Shown one piece after another: positions 11,861 through 24,224 of a stretch of DNA of 64,000 nucleotides (its first letter is position 1; the number at the start of each line of letters is the position of its first letter). The stretch covers positions 61,878,001-61,942,000 of the forward strand of contig CM052816.1 of assembly GCA_028534125.1 (NCBI GenBank), in the 5' to 3' direction. The notes under the pieces are model-generated. The model did not search any database. It saw only the letters and a list, made by a program, of their open reading frames with translations, and was not told the DNA's origin. This stretch comes from Lama glama (lineage: Eukaryota). The position numbers and the translations under genes were made by a program.

Positions 11861-13624
11861 GGAGAAAGTGGCACTTGAGCACAGTCTTGGGGCATAGTTG
11901 TCAAGCTCACTGAACCTAGTTTTTTCATCTATAAATTATGACTATATTCAGCATATGTACTGCAACAAGGCTGATGCAAAGACTAAGGATAAAAATGAGT
12001 AAGAGCACTATCAGGTGCTTAGAAAGCAGGGTTTTTTTTTAACAATAATATATAACCTTATATAAGCAACTTAAATAATTAAAATTTTAAATAAAAATCA
12101 ATGATTTTAAGTAAGAACTGATGATAAAATAATGCTAATTACACTATTAAAGATATCTACTCTAATGTCATTGATGGGTTGTTTTCTCTTTTTAAACCTC
12201 ATGTCCATTCCAAAAGATTAAACAAAACCTTAAATTAAAAAACAAAAGACATGTTTATCACAAGACCCAGACCCAAAATCATTATATGGCCACAAGAAAG
12301 CAATTAATCCTCCTTCTTTGCTTCAGTTTTATCATCACCTAAGAATAGCCTAAGGAAGGTCTATTTCAGTATTTCTGAAATGCATAATCACAATTGTAAG
12401 TGAAAAAAAGTGTTATACTCTGCAGACCATTCTATGTCAATTCTTTTGGATTCTGGATCTTAAAGTCCATTATCTAAGGAAATGATGAGATGCTGAATAT
12501 AGTCTTCATCTTAGACACAAAGAAACTGAAGTGTAGAGACACTAAGGGATTTTTTTCAATATTGCTTAAATTAATGATACTGTAAACATGATACAGACAT
12601 CCAAATTCTTTATGCAGTTTTTCACTTAATATGTTTACTATGCACTAAATGAACAGTACATTTAGAACTGAATATCTTATTTTTAAGTTGAACTCTTTAT
12701 GTAGCAAGACACTGAGTAAGTAACTACACAGGAAAGTTTTTATAACTACAGTATGTTTACATTTTTATCAGACTGTCTACATTACTCTATAAAAATAGTT
12801 TAAAAATCTTGCGATTAAAAAATTGTACAGCTTTTCAACTTGAGATTGAGGATTTAAAATGGCAACGGCAAGTATCTTGCATAATTTTCAGTCAGTTTTT
12901 ATTTCTTCCCAGATGCTTTTCTCACTTTCTCCAATTTCCAGGAATGTACCAGAAGAAAATTTTAGTTCTATCTGTTCTTTTTTCTTATGGCATGAGAAGT
13001 ACTATCCTACTATAAGGGTGGTAAACACAGACCTCTTCTAACATTCACTTTCAGAAAAAAAAAAAAAGGTAACGTTATCAAGACTTGAGCGCTTGACATG
13101 CTTTTGAAGAGAACTTTAATCTACAAAAGTGAGATGGAATATGTATAAATTTCTTGCATAAGATAGCGAATGAATTTCCTTACAGACCTGTGAAACCAGC
13201 TGATGGCTAAACACATGTCCATTACAGATCATTGTTTCTTGGACCATGGACAAAGTACTTGTAGTCAACTTAAGCCTACTATTTCCCAACATCTGATAAG
13301 AATTCATAACACATGGAAATGATTGCAAACCCAACAGTACAGCCTGCATGGTTTTTAGTCTGCTGTTTTAATCACAAAGATACTGAATCTGTTTGTAATG
13401 AAACAACAGCTTGGCTGTTGATGAAACCATAAAATAGCCATAATAAAAACAGCATAAGTGTTAAAACTATAAATGTGTGGCATGATTTTTAGGCTTATGG
13501 AATCATCAGCAGGAGCAGAGATGCAGATTCAACATTATCTGAAAGTATCATAATATGCTGTAGTTTATACATTAACTTTGAAAATACATACAGGAAATTA
13601 AAAAAACAAATTAAATCAGGGAAC

Positions 13625-13830
13625 CCCTGATTTGCGTGTTCAAAGCCCTGTTCCACCTATTTCTAGCACTATGGTCTTAGACAACTAAGTTAACGAATCT
13701 AAGGCTGTTTCCTCATCTTGAAATGAGAGTAACAGTAAGGTTGTAAGAAAGAAATATGATTCCATGGACATTACTTAGTATATTTAACATGGTGTTTGGC
13801 TCAGAATATGTCTCACATTAGTTGGCTTCT
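13625..13830 (+). mobile_element. MIR SINE
   Basis: GTGTTCAAAGCCCTGTTCCACCTATTTCTAGC...TGTTTCCTCATCTTGAAATGAGAGTAACAGTA. Confidence 0.65.
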
Positions 13831-14189
13831 TCTATTATTACCATTATTGTTCTTGCCTCCAGCACCAACACTACTTCTATTCTTACTATTTACAGAATCG
13901 ATTAGTGACAAAATGAGACCTCAGGCTAACTATAGGGAGAAAAAAGGCAAATCTGTTTTTCTCATGAATGTATAGATTTCAAATGCTTACTGAAAAGTTT
14001 AGTGTTTGATGTACTGCTTGGATTAAATACCATGTGCTATGAAAATAAGAAATGTAATAGTAGAAAAAAGACTAAAAATTACTAAATTCCCATATCCTAA
14101 TTCTGGGCACTAGACACTTGGAGCTGAATTGCTTATTTTCATTCATTATAAACTAGTTGAGAAGGTAAGGAATAAACAAGTCAACAAAG

Positions 14190-14236
<47 letters not shown>

Positions 14237-14736
14237 NNNNNNNNNNNNNNNNNNNNNNNNNNNNNNNNNNNNNNNNNNNNNNNNNNNNNNNNNNNNNNNN
14301 NNNNNNNNNNNNNNNNNNNNNNNNNNNNNNNNNNNNNNNNNNNNNNNNNNNNNNNNNNNNNNNNNNNNNNNNNNNNNNNNNNNNNNNNNNNNNNNNNNNN
14401 NNNNNNNNNNNNNNNNNNNNNNNNNNNNNNNNNNNNNNNNNNNNNNNNNNNNNNNNNNNNNNNNNNNNNNNNNNNNNNNNNNNNNNNNNNNNNNNNNNNN
14501 NNNNNNNNNNNNNNNNNNNNNNNNNNNNNNNNNNNNNNNNNNNNNNNNNNNNNNNNNNNNNNNNNNNNNNNNNNNNNNNNNNNNNNNNNNNNNNNNNNNN
14601 NNNNNNNNNNNNNNNNNNNNNNNNNNNNNNNNNNNNNNNNNNNNNNNNNNNNNNNNNNNNNNNNNNNNNNNNNNNNNNNNNNNNNNNNNNNNNNNNNNNN
14701 NNNNNNNNNNNNNNNNNNNNNNNNNNNNNNNNNNNN
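14237..14736. other. Assembly gap (exactly 500 N)
   Basis: Run of N from 14237 to 14736. Confidence 0.99.
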
Positions 14737-14888
14737 TATGAAAATAAGAAATGTAATAGTAGAAAAAAGACTAAAAATTACTAAATTCCCATATCCTAAT
14801 TCTGGGCACTAGACACTTGGAGCTGAATTGCTTATTTTCATTCATTATAAACTAGTTGAGAAGGTAAGGAATAAACAAGTCAACAAAG

Positions 14889-14890
<2 letters not shown>

Positions 14891-14946
<56 letters not shown>
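14891..14946. repeat. Compound (AT)n(CA)n microsatellite; its AT part is also present at 14192-14236 before the gap
   Basis: 45 nt of alternating AT followed by CACACACACAC. Confidence 0.95.
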
Positions 14947-14947
<1 letters not shown>

Positions 14948-16329
14948 TACAAATTCTATGAGGGAGGCTAACAGAGAACCTACATTATTTTAGTCTAAGT
15001 GAACCTAAAAGCATCTATCAGAAGATAAAATTTAGTCTGAGAGATAGATAATGTTCTGTATACCCTCTACAATCTGTCACACCAATATGTAGGAATGAAG
15101 ACTATATCCCTATCCATATGTCACTGCAATTTGAAAAGAAGGAGAAATTTAAATGCACCTGCATCTAGCCTTTAGACTTACATTCTTACTCCTTTCATAT
15201 AAAAGATCACATTTGTTTTTAAATAAAAAGTTTAGAAATCTGATATAGATTGTCATTACTCTTTACAAATCCTCCTTCAAATCTTAGAAAATTTTCCAAA
15301 AGAGACTAAACACGAGTGACCCAGCACAAAATCATAAAATGTCCATGATAACCATAAGTGATACTGCTATTCTGTCTAAATACCAAGTAAAAAGTTCTGA
15401 ATCAAACATGTTATTTCACAGCAAGAACTTGGCTTAGCCAGTATTTCACAAAAGTGGAGTAAATTTGTTGTGGCAGAAATTCAGTCCTTAGCCATATGTC
15501 TATTCCACAATCCAACTTTACAAATAATATTAACTCAATATGAAAAAGAAAAGAGATCTCCAATTCCAATAAGACAGCATATCAGGTAACTCAAAAACTC
15601 TTTTACAATAAAACACCTATAAGTGCTGAATAAAGTACATTTTAAAAATACCTTTAAATGCTTAGCTTAGCTCACTAAAACCCAAGAGGTTGAAAACAAG
15701 AAGATGGAAAACCAGAGCAAGTAGCATTGGAACTATTACTGGAACACCTTGGGTTATGGGTCTCAGTATCCTAGGAATGTGGATCTTAATCATGAAGATG
15801 GAACTCCTACACATAAAGCTAAAGATTTACTGGAAGGGTGGGAATAAACACTAAAAAATGCAGGAAGACCACAAAGAAGCTTCTCTGTCTGAGGTCTATG
15901 TAGGTAAGTAGGCTCTCAAGCTAATGAACAGTCTCAGGGCATCTAAGGAGTACTTTTTATTAAAATCACCAGTGATCTATGGTACTCCAATGCACATATT
16001 TGAACCAAAGAGAAATCCTCTCTGAAGGAAAGAACCTTGATTTAGATTTCACAGAACTATGAAAAAGAGTTGGTTTTTTTAAAAACACAATTAGCTCCTA
16101 ATAAAACGAGTTCATAAGACACAAGGAAACAAGGCATTGTTTGTGAGAATCAGAGGAACAACAAATAATAGAACCTGACCCTAAAAACTTCAGATACTGC
16201 AAAAATAAAACAACTGTTTATTGTATGGAGAGAATGAAATAAAATAAAGAATGGAATATAAGATCTGCAACAGTAACTGGAAAAACCATTTAAAACCTTT
16301 TAGAAGGGATAAACAGAATAGCTAAACTT

Positions 16330-16700
16330 AAACTTAAAGAAAATTTGAATAGCTAAAATAAGAATGAGTCAATTAGGAGACAGATCTGAAAACACACATA
16401 ACACAGGATGCAAAACACGTGGAGAAAAGCAACAACAACTAAGAGAGGTTAAAAGACATGCAAGACAGAATGAGAAGGTCCACCACATGTATAAGTAGAA
16501 TTGCATAAAAAGAACACAGAGAGAATGAGATTGAGACAATAATGTCTGAGAATTTTCCAAATTGATGAAAAACTTTAGTCTTCAGATTCAGGAAGCTCAA
16601 TGAATTCAAACAGGATAAGTAGAAGGAAAATCCAAATGCAGACATATCACAGTCCAAATGCAGAGTACCACAGACAAAGTGACCTTAAAACGACCAGCAA
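16330..16700 (+). mobile_element. Old L1 ORF1 remnant (the element probably extends upstream to about 15560)
   Basis: GACATGCAAGACAGAATGAGAAGGTCCACC, GAGAATTTTCCAAATTGATGAAA (ENFP motif) and CAGATTCAGGAAGCTCAATGAATTC (QIQEAQ motif) of L1 ORF1p, with stops. Confidence 0.75.
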
Positions 16701-17169
16701 AAATTAATAAGGAGAAATCACTTAAAATTAAATTCGTATTTTTTTTGACAGAGAAAGCAGACTGACACATTGTGAGAATAAAGTAGTCATGGACTTAAGC
16801 AACATAAGACATAAATGACATCTTTCATTACAGCCATTAAAGCAAAGGACAAATAACATTTGGATGCTTAAGCAAAAATAATTATGGTTTAGTCCTAACT
16901 AGTGCAACTATTCCAAGAATGCTAAATAAGAACTCAAAGTCAAGCCTGAGATATATTTCTACTAAGATACTGTAGACTAGGTCCTTGCCATAGTCTGGAA
17001 TATGATGCTGCACTGAGTATAAAGCAGAAGACAGACCAATTACAGGTGGAGGGTATATGAATGGGTCCAGGAGGTAGGAGGAGTAATAGCAGCAGCAAGG
17101 GTGGAAAGGACTGTAAAGCATTTAGTTGACAGCACTGTGATATGACTGCCAAAGAGAATGTATGATCAC

Positions 17170-18320
17170 AGGTCCCATTAAGAGAAGCAAAGTATTCCCA
17201 ATATGCATATGTCACACTTTGTCTAGTTGTTCTGCAGTTCTTGGATGTTCTCTTCTGTTTTGTTCTTTGTTCTCTTGGCTTTTCATTTTTTGAGGATTCT
17301 ACTGATACATTCTCTCAGAGATTCTTTCCTCTGAGTCCAGTCTGTTAACAAGCCCACCAAAGGAAATCTTTTCTCTTACAGTGTTTTTAATCAGTAGCTT
17401 TTCTTTTTGTTTCTTTCTTAAGATTTCCATCTCTCTGCTTACATTGCCTATCCGCTCTTTCATGCTATCTACATAGAGCCCTTAGCATATTAACCACAAT
17501 TGTTTCAAATTCTCAGTGTGATAATTCCCATATCCCTGCCATGTCCAGTTCTAATGCTTGCTTTATATCTTCAAATTGTGTTTCTGCCACTTGGCATGCC
17601 TTGTAATTTTTTTCTTGATAGCCAGATATCATGAACCAGGTAAAAGGAACTTCTGCTAATAGGACTTTAGTACTGTGATGGTGAGATATGGGAAAGAGGA
17701 TGTGTCCTTTGGTCCTATGATTAGCTCTCAAGTCTTTTAGTGATCCTATGCCTGTAGACTGTGAACTTCACAAGTGTTTCTCAGGTTTGTTTTCTCCCTC
17801 CTCCTTTAGGTGGGGCAGGATGGTTAGAAGAGGCTCGGGCTGGGTGTTTCAGAGCCAGCTGAAGTAGGCTATTTCCTTTCTCCCGGGTCCATTAAGCTCT
17901 GATAATACCCCAGCAGTTTGGGCTCTGGTTTATTAGTTTTCCCTGAAGGAAAACAAGAACAGAGTGCTTTGGCATTAGTCAGGTTCCTTTTTCCTTCTTT
18001 CTGCAGGAAGCAGTAGGGGACGTTTTCTGTGATGTTTACTATATGAACCTAGTTGAGCTCTCAGAGGTAAATCTCGCAATATTGTGGGGACCCCCCCGCC
18101 ATGACTGGGTGCCCCCCAGAATTTTTAACTCTTAGACTTTTCCACACTGAGCCTCCAGCAATTCGTCAATTATAGTTCAGGCTTCCTATCCCAGCACTGG
18201 CTCCCATGGCAATTTCTGCTTGTGCTCAGACAAACTGCAACTCCCTGTATTCACCTGTCTCTAGTCCTCGGGGAAGTGGTCTGCTCTGTGTTCTCACCTT
18301 TCTGAGTGACCCAGGAAGAG
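17170..18320 (-). mobile_element. Old L1 5' region/ORF1 (L1MC/MD-like), reverse orientation
   Basis: GAGTCCAGTCTGTTAACAAGCCCACCAAAGG, GATTTCCATCTCTCTGCTTACATTGCCTATC and TTCAAATTCTCAGTGTGATAATTCC are typical reverse-strand L1M ORF1 motifs. Confidence 0.75.
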
Positions 18321-20019
18321 GGCAAAGCAAGGTTAAATAGTTAATTTTATTAAAAGAGAATATTATATTTTACTTGAATTTAACATAAAAATACTAAAGG
18401 AAAGTAGACCAAAACTTTTCCTATTATTATGTAAATGTTTCTTTGTCTCAAGTGATTTCCTAAAAAATTTTTCCATTTTATGAAAAACATTATGAAAATA
18501 TTAAAAGATTGGAGTCTTTTTTCTTTTAACTACATGATTTAATTTTAGGCTATACTGATTAACTTCCTGCCCTAATGGTTGAAAAAATGACTATACTTAA
18601 CATTTTTTCCACTTTTCTTTCCTCCATTTTCCAGTTTGGGTTGTATTAGTGTTATTAAATTATCAATGTTCATAGCATCTATGCACAAAATTATCAGTTT
18701 TATAGTCTTAGTTTTATATTTAAATAAATTAATTGGTCACCGCTATCTTTTTTATCCCAGTATCTCTGGTCCTGAGTTCAAGAGACTGGAATATTGTTAA
18801 CCTACTGTTAATGATAATTATTTCTGGATGTTTTAAGATGAGTTGTTGTTTTGGGTTTCCTACATTCTTCTGTCTCTGATATACTGCCTTAATTTTTTAT
18901 GAGCAGACATCATTTTTACCAAAAACTAAAGTCATTTAGAAAAAAAAATAATGAGCTACATTTACCACAGTATCTAACACTGTGACTGTGCTATGTAGTA
19001 AATGCTAAATAAATACAGACATAAATTAAGGGAGAAATGGTATCAGAATACTAATCCTGGAAACCACCAGAGGAAGGTGTGAGAGTCAGAAAGAGGAGGT
19101 ATTCTGTGACAAGAAGGACATCTCAAATATAGCACATGGGATAAAAATCCTAAGAAAACTACTTCAGAAAATAATGCCTATCTAAAAAGGATGAGGTCAT
19201 TTTTGTGAAGGTTATATTTAATGACAGAAAAGCATTATGTAAAGTATTTATTAAAGATTTCCCATCTTCCACATTATTCTTGCCCTGTTAAATGTGCTTT
19301 TCTGACATCAAAACAATTTCAACATTATGTGAAAGAATGAAAGCGTGAACAAATGACTTTAAGTAAAAAGTCATGGTATTAAATAAGGGAACATAGATTG
19401 AATAAGGAAAAAAAAATTGAGGCAGAAGTTTTTCTGGCATCCAGCTAGACTTTTTATCAGTATGAATTAGAATTATACAAATTGGCCTCTAGAAAATCAT
19501 AAGGTTTTACGAAGTATTTCACAAATGGGGCTGCATGTACATTTTCCTCTTAGATCACTGAAACTTTTCATATTTTAAGTTTCGGGACTGTTGGCCCTGC
19601 CTTTCTAATCCAATGCACATAGAGATGCTGAGGTCCCTCCTTCACCTACAAGCTCATTCCACATGGCTCCTGAACCATTTAGACAAAGAATATATTATGA
19701 GCTTCTATCCCACTGGAGAATATCACTCTGTTTTAGGTCTATAATCAAGTATACCTAAGTGTAGCCGTTGTGGTAATAACCACAAGATGATGGTGGTGGT
19801 GATGATGACGACGATGATATTATTAATGCACCTTGTTTTTCTAATTCTAATTTCAGACTCTCCTCACTGGCAGGTGGAAGTTCCCAAGCCCTCCAGGAAG
19901 TACTTTTGTGAGCTTTTTCATGACAGAAGAATAGATAAATAATGATTTGCTTATCTGGCTTTGAAAATTGCCTTTCCTCACTGCCTTGTCTATTGGCAAG
20001 CCTGAACTCTTTTGGTACA

Positions 20020-20640
20020 GATGCCTTTCCAAATCAAGTTCATCACATCCTTTTGGTCTTGGGGCTGTGATTTGCCAGACTTCAAATCACTATCCAAACC
20101 AGAGGCAGGATAATTTTTCAAAGCTCAAATCTGATCTCATTGCTTTCTTGCTACACAGCACCCCTTAATTCTCAAAGTCCATACTCATTAGCTCTACTAC
20201 AAGGTTCTTCATGGTGTCAGCTCTGATTCACCCTCAGGCTCTATCACAGGTGCTTCACTCCCTGCATGCATTCCACACATTCTGAAATCCTATTAGTTCT
20301 TAGAACGAATCATCATCTTTGGCACCTGCTCCTCAAGGCCTAAAATACTCCTTCCTTCCACTTCCCTTCTCCACATAACTCACATTTATCTTCAGATCTC
20401 GTTTCCATGCACTTTGCCTACAAAGAGTTCTGAACTCCTGGTATACTGGTATACAAACTCCCGATATTTACCCTTCCTGTCATACTTACCACATCATATT
20501 ATAACTGCCTGTTACTTCTTTGTAATCTCTATGAATCCAACAAAACTGAGTCATTTCACTTTTGCAGCCCTAATAACTCTCATAGATTCTAACACATAAC
20601 CAGTATTCAGCCCTCAGTAAATATGTCAAATTGAACTAAA
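20020..20640 (+). mobile_element. Degraded L2 3' region
   Basis: CAAATCTGATCTCATTGC...; it ends in an L2-like CTCAGTAAATATGTCAAATTGAA. Confidence 0.55.
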
Positions 20641-21129
20641 TTGCTGGTAGCACTAATTTTTCTTCTAGATTGCCTAGTGTGGCAATTTATCTTCATCCTG
20701 GTAGGTAAAAACAGTAGATTTAAAACTAAAAAATAATTCCTTTCTCTTAAGCACTGACAATACGTATCAATACTAAATGTGCATACCCCCTTGAACTCAG
20801 TAATTCCAGCCATTCATCCTAAGGACCCAAATGTGTTCAAGCACTGAGACAAGAGCAAAAAAAGAATGTTCTGGCTATTGATTATAGCACTGTTAATTAT
20901 GGGAAATGTCTATTTAAAGTAAGTAGACTGCATAATACAGATTACATAAAAAACACAAATTACTATTCCATTTATATAAAATCAAGCATGTCAACACACA
21001 AAAACATAAAGATTTGAAATGAAAATAATGATTAGCTCTGCAGAGTACCATTTGACTTGATTTTATAAACTCTCAATTCTGATTATAAAGATAAATCTGT
21101 TTCTGCTTAAAAAAAGAAAAATTTCTTTT

Positions 21130-21259
21130 TATTTTTAAACTTTTTTGTGGGGAGGGGGCAGTTAGATTTATTTATTTTTTTAATGGAGGTATTGGGGAAT
21201 GAACCCAGGACCTCCTTCATGCTAGGCATGCACTCTACCACCAAGCTATACCCTCCCCC
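21130..21259 (-). mobile_element. tRNA-derived SINE, camelid Vic-1 type
   Basis: Reverse complement is GGGGGAGGGTATAGCTTGGTGGTAGAGTGCATGCCTAGCATGAAGGAGGTCCTGGGTTCATTCCCCAATACCTCCATT, with pol III A/B boxes and an A-rich tail. Imperfect TSD AAGAAAA(AT/GC)TTCTTTT at 21114-21129 and 21260-21275. Confidence 0.85.
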
Positions 21260-23258
21260 AAGAAAAGCTTCTTTTCAAATAATTTTGTGAAATATTTCAA
21301 ATAATTCTCCCTGAATATCCTTGGTAAGTATTATGATTCAATGTTCCTTCCGTGCCCTTCTCTAAAATTAAAAAAAATTACAATTAAGAAGTTAAATTTA
21401 ATCAACTGAATCTTCTCTGGTGTCCAGGAACATCATTTTTACCAATTTAATAATCCAGTTGTCAATATGTTTTGATTTCCACAATGGTCTCATTGCATAA
21501 TCTCAAATATTTTAGAGCTTATTAATACAGTGTAATAGTCAAGAGGAGATTGTGTGGTTTATTTGAATGTTTACACAACATTTAGATTTTTCTATCTGCA
21601 AGACAAAAGGCTTCTATCATAGGGCATATTCCAATTGTACTAAGTAATAAGTTTACTATCACAATGGCAGGATTGAGACGTTTTAAGAAGAGGTTTCTTA
21701 AATTTTCCATTGCAATTTTATTATCCATCACTATGGATAAATAAACTTGATGTATGAATTCAAGAAAATTACAAGCCCAAATCACAAAAACATTTTGTTC
21801 AAATTTGATCTCACATCTCAAAAGTATTTTGGGACCTACACTGAGTTATGCTTCTGTCCCACAGACACTATGCCACTAAGAGAGTGTTTTGGAGAATGAA
21901 TACAGACTTTTACATTTTTTAAAAAGCTTCTTTCATATCCTAAGAGCCATTGGGGCAGGGGATGGGGAAAAAAGCAAAGAGACAAGACAATAAGAGAAGA
22001 GAAAATATTTTTGTAATTTTTCAACAGTAAACAGTAAAGCTCTAAATTTAGAAAAAGAAAGTCTTCTTTCCTCTCTGTCTCCATAACACACAGTACAGTA
22101 CAGAAGTATTATGGATACAATAGGCACTAAACCACAGCAGGGGCCATCAATCTGTGCTTCCCGACTTTTGTAAAACTCTCAACTACATTGTGGCTTAAAG
22201 ATTTGCTCTAAATTAACTTGTTGATTCTCTGTTTCTAGAACCCTGGCTGGCTGATATTTAGCTGAAAACAAGTTGCATCCTCAGAGCATGAGTGATTGGA
22301 TGCAAGAGCTGACTCATACCCAGGCTAGTGCTACAGAAAACGCCAGTTATTTCTAAGTCTGTGTAGAATTAACCTCTCCAGGTTTCCTATTCTGTTACCA
22401 CCTGGCAGACAAACAGGACCAAAAAATCTCTTAAACTGTGCTAGACCAACCCTTCAAGAAAAAAGGACGAGATGTGAGCCAGGAAAAGCACTTTGGAAAC
22501 TACTTGCACCTAATAAAAACATAGTTTTAATTTGGTTAATGTGAAATCCAAACTAGCTCAGTCCAAATGGAAAAGATGTTTTATTTATATTTATGTGCAT
22601 TCTTAATTTAGGCTTGATTCATGATTCATGAATAAAAGCTACCATTTCATAGAATAAGGTGCACATTTGGCCTTCATGTACCCCTACTGCTTTTCGTTAA
22701 ACCAGTATGAGACATGTGGAAAGATTCAATATTTGTCCTTAATTTTGTCAATAAACTAAACTTGTCTCCTATGGAGTAAATTCATTAGAAAATTATAATC
22801 AATAAAGTAATATGATCAGTTTCAGACAGTTACTTTTATCTATTCCAAAAATGTTCCAAGTGTTGTGCTAATAAGTATATCCACGTATATTCTCTCATTT
22901 AGATCTCACATCAAACTCTAAAAAGTTTTTACTTTCATAGGTGAAGACTGGACAGAGGGAATGCTGTGGGGAATTAGACAGAGGAAATGGTATATGCAAA
23001 GATAATGAGGCAAGAAAGAGCAAAGCAAATGAGACAGCACTTCAGCTTACCTGAAAGCTAGCATACAATAACCATAAACACAAGTATAAACCTGGGAGAA
23101 TAAAAATGACATTTCACACACACTGCACCGTCAGCACCAAAAGTCTGATTGCACATATGAGCTTAAATACCACTTATGATAACAATGGGGAAGGGTGGAA
23201 AGTGTTTTCATAGTGTTTTAAGTGGACTACAGTTTAAACAGTGGTTCTAAAACTTCAG

Positions 23259-23425
23259 CACATATCAGAATCACCTGAGGGCTTTGTTATACCAGACTGC
23301 CAGTCTCTACTCCCAGGGTTTCTGCTTCTGCAGGTTTGAGGTAGGGCCTGAGACTTCTGTTTACAGTAAGTTCCTTGGGGAAGCCGATGCTGCTGGTCTG
23401 ACAACCACACTTCGTGAACTAATAC
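23259..23425. mobile_element. MER5A hAT-Charlie MITE
   Basis: CAGTGGTTCTAAAACTTCAGCACATATCAGAATCACCTGAGGGCTTTGTT...GATGCTGCTGGTCTGACAACCACACTT. Confidence 0.85.
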
Positions 23426-23667
23426 TTCAAAGAAATGTCACATATGCAAGCCCTAAATATTAATAATATTTGCTTAGCTCTGAAAATAAACGTAAGTCAA
23501 CTGAACAGAATGTTACTTTATATTTGATAAAACCTCATTATTTATAGTTGAGAATACAAAAAACCTAAGAGGCAAGTGGGAAATGGTAGATAAGTACGTA
23601 CATGAAATTTTGCTCTCAAGTAAGGTCCTCAATAAACAAACTTAGGTATTTTTTAGGCACCAGAGGA

Positions 23668-23772
23668 ACACACATACGTATACTCTTTTCCAGAATCTTT
23701 TCCATTATAGGTTATTACAGAAGATACTGAATATAGTTCCCTGTGCTATACAGTAGGTCCTTGCTGTTTATG
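23668..23772 (-). mobile_element. Short artiodactyl-type L1 3' UTR fragment
   Basis: TTTTCCATTATAGGTTATTACAGAAGATACTGAATATAGTTCCCTGTGCTATACAGTAGGTCCTTG. Confidence 0.8.
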
Positions 23773-24224
23773 CATTTTCTAAATCTCTCTTATGTCATAA
23801 AACTTTATAACATATTTATTTGTAACAACAATAGCAATAATACCAAAAGGAAATACCACATGTGTTCCCATTTGTAAGTTTTATAAGGATAGATCCAAAA
23901 CTTTGCAATGAGAATGATAGTTTGAATCCTGACTCAAACATTCCCAAGGTGTGTGACAATGAGAAAGTTAACATAAAATTCTCTGAAGCTGCTTCCTCAT
24001 ATATAAGGAGTAATGCCCGCAGTATTGCTGGGAATTTTCAACATTTGAACTAACTTGAACTGTTTCCTCTTTTTTGCTAGAAGCTGCTTAACTGTATTTA
24101 TCCATCATCCTTAGGTTTGTTAAATGTTTATAAAGTACTTTAGTAGAAATGTCAAAGCAAAGTGTCATACTTTTTTCCTACATTCCTCCCTATACCTTAT
24201 GGTGAGTGATCAAAAGTGAGGACT

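Noticed and set aside
14129..14812. 227-aa ORF, the longest in the track
   Set aside because: Artefact of reading through the (AT)n repeat and 500 Ns.
21175..21259. tRNA gene (A/B boxes; also 58080-58150)
   Set aside because: A-rich tail, flanking direct repeats and a degenerate cloverleaf indicate tRNA-derived SINEs.
23045..23057. Minus-strand CTTTCAG|GTAAGC recursive-splice-like junction
   Set aside because: Very short pyrimidine tract, an AG just upstream, and it lies at the edge of an L2-like relic. Likely chance.
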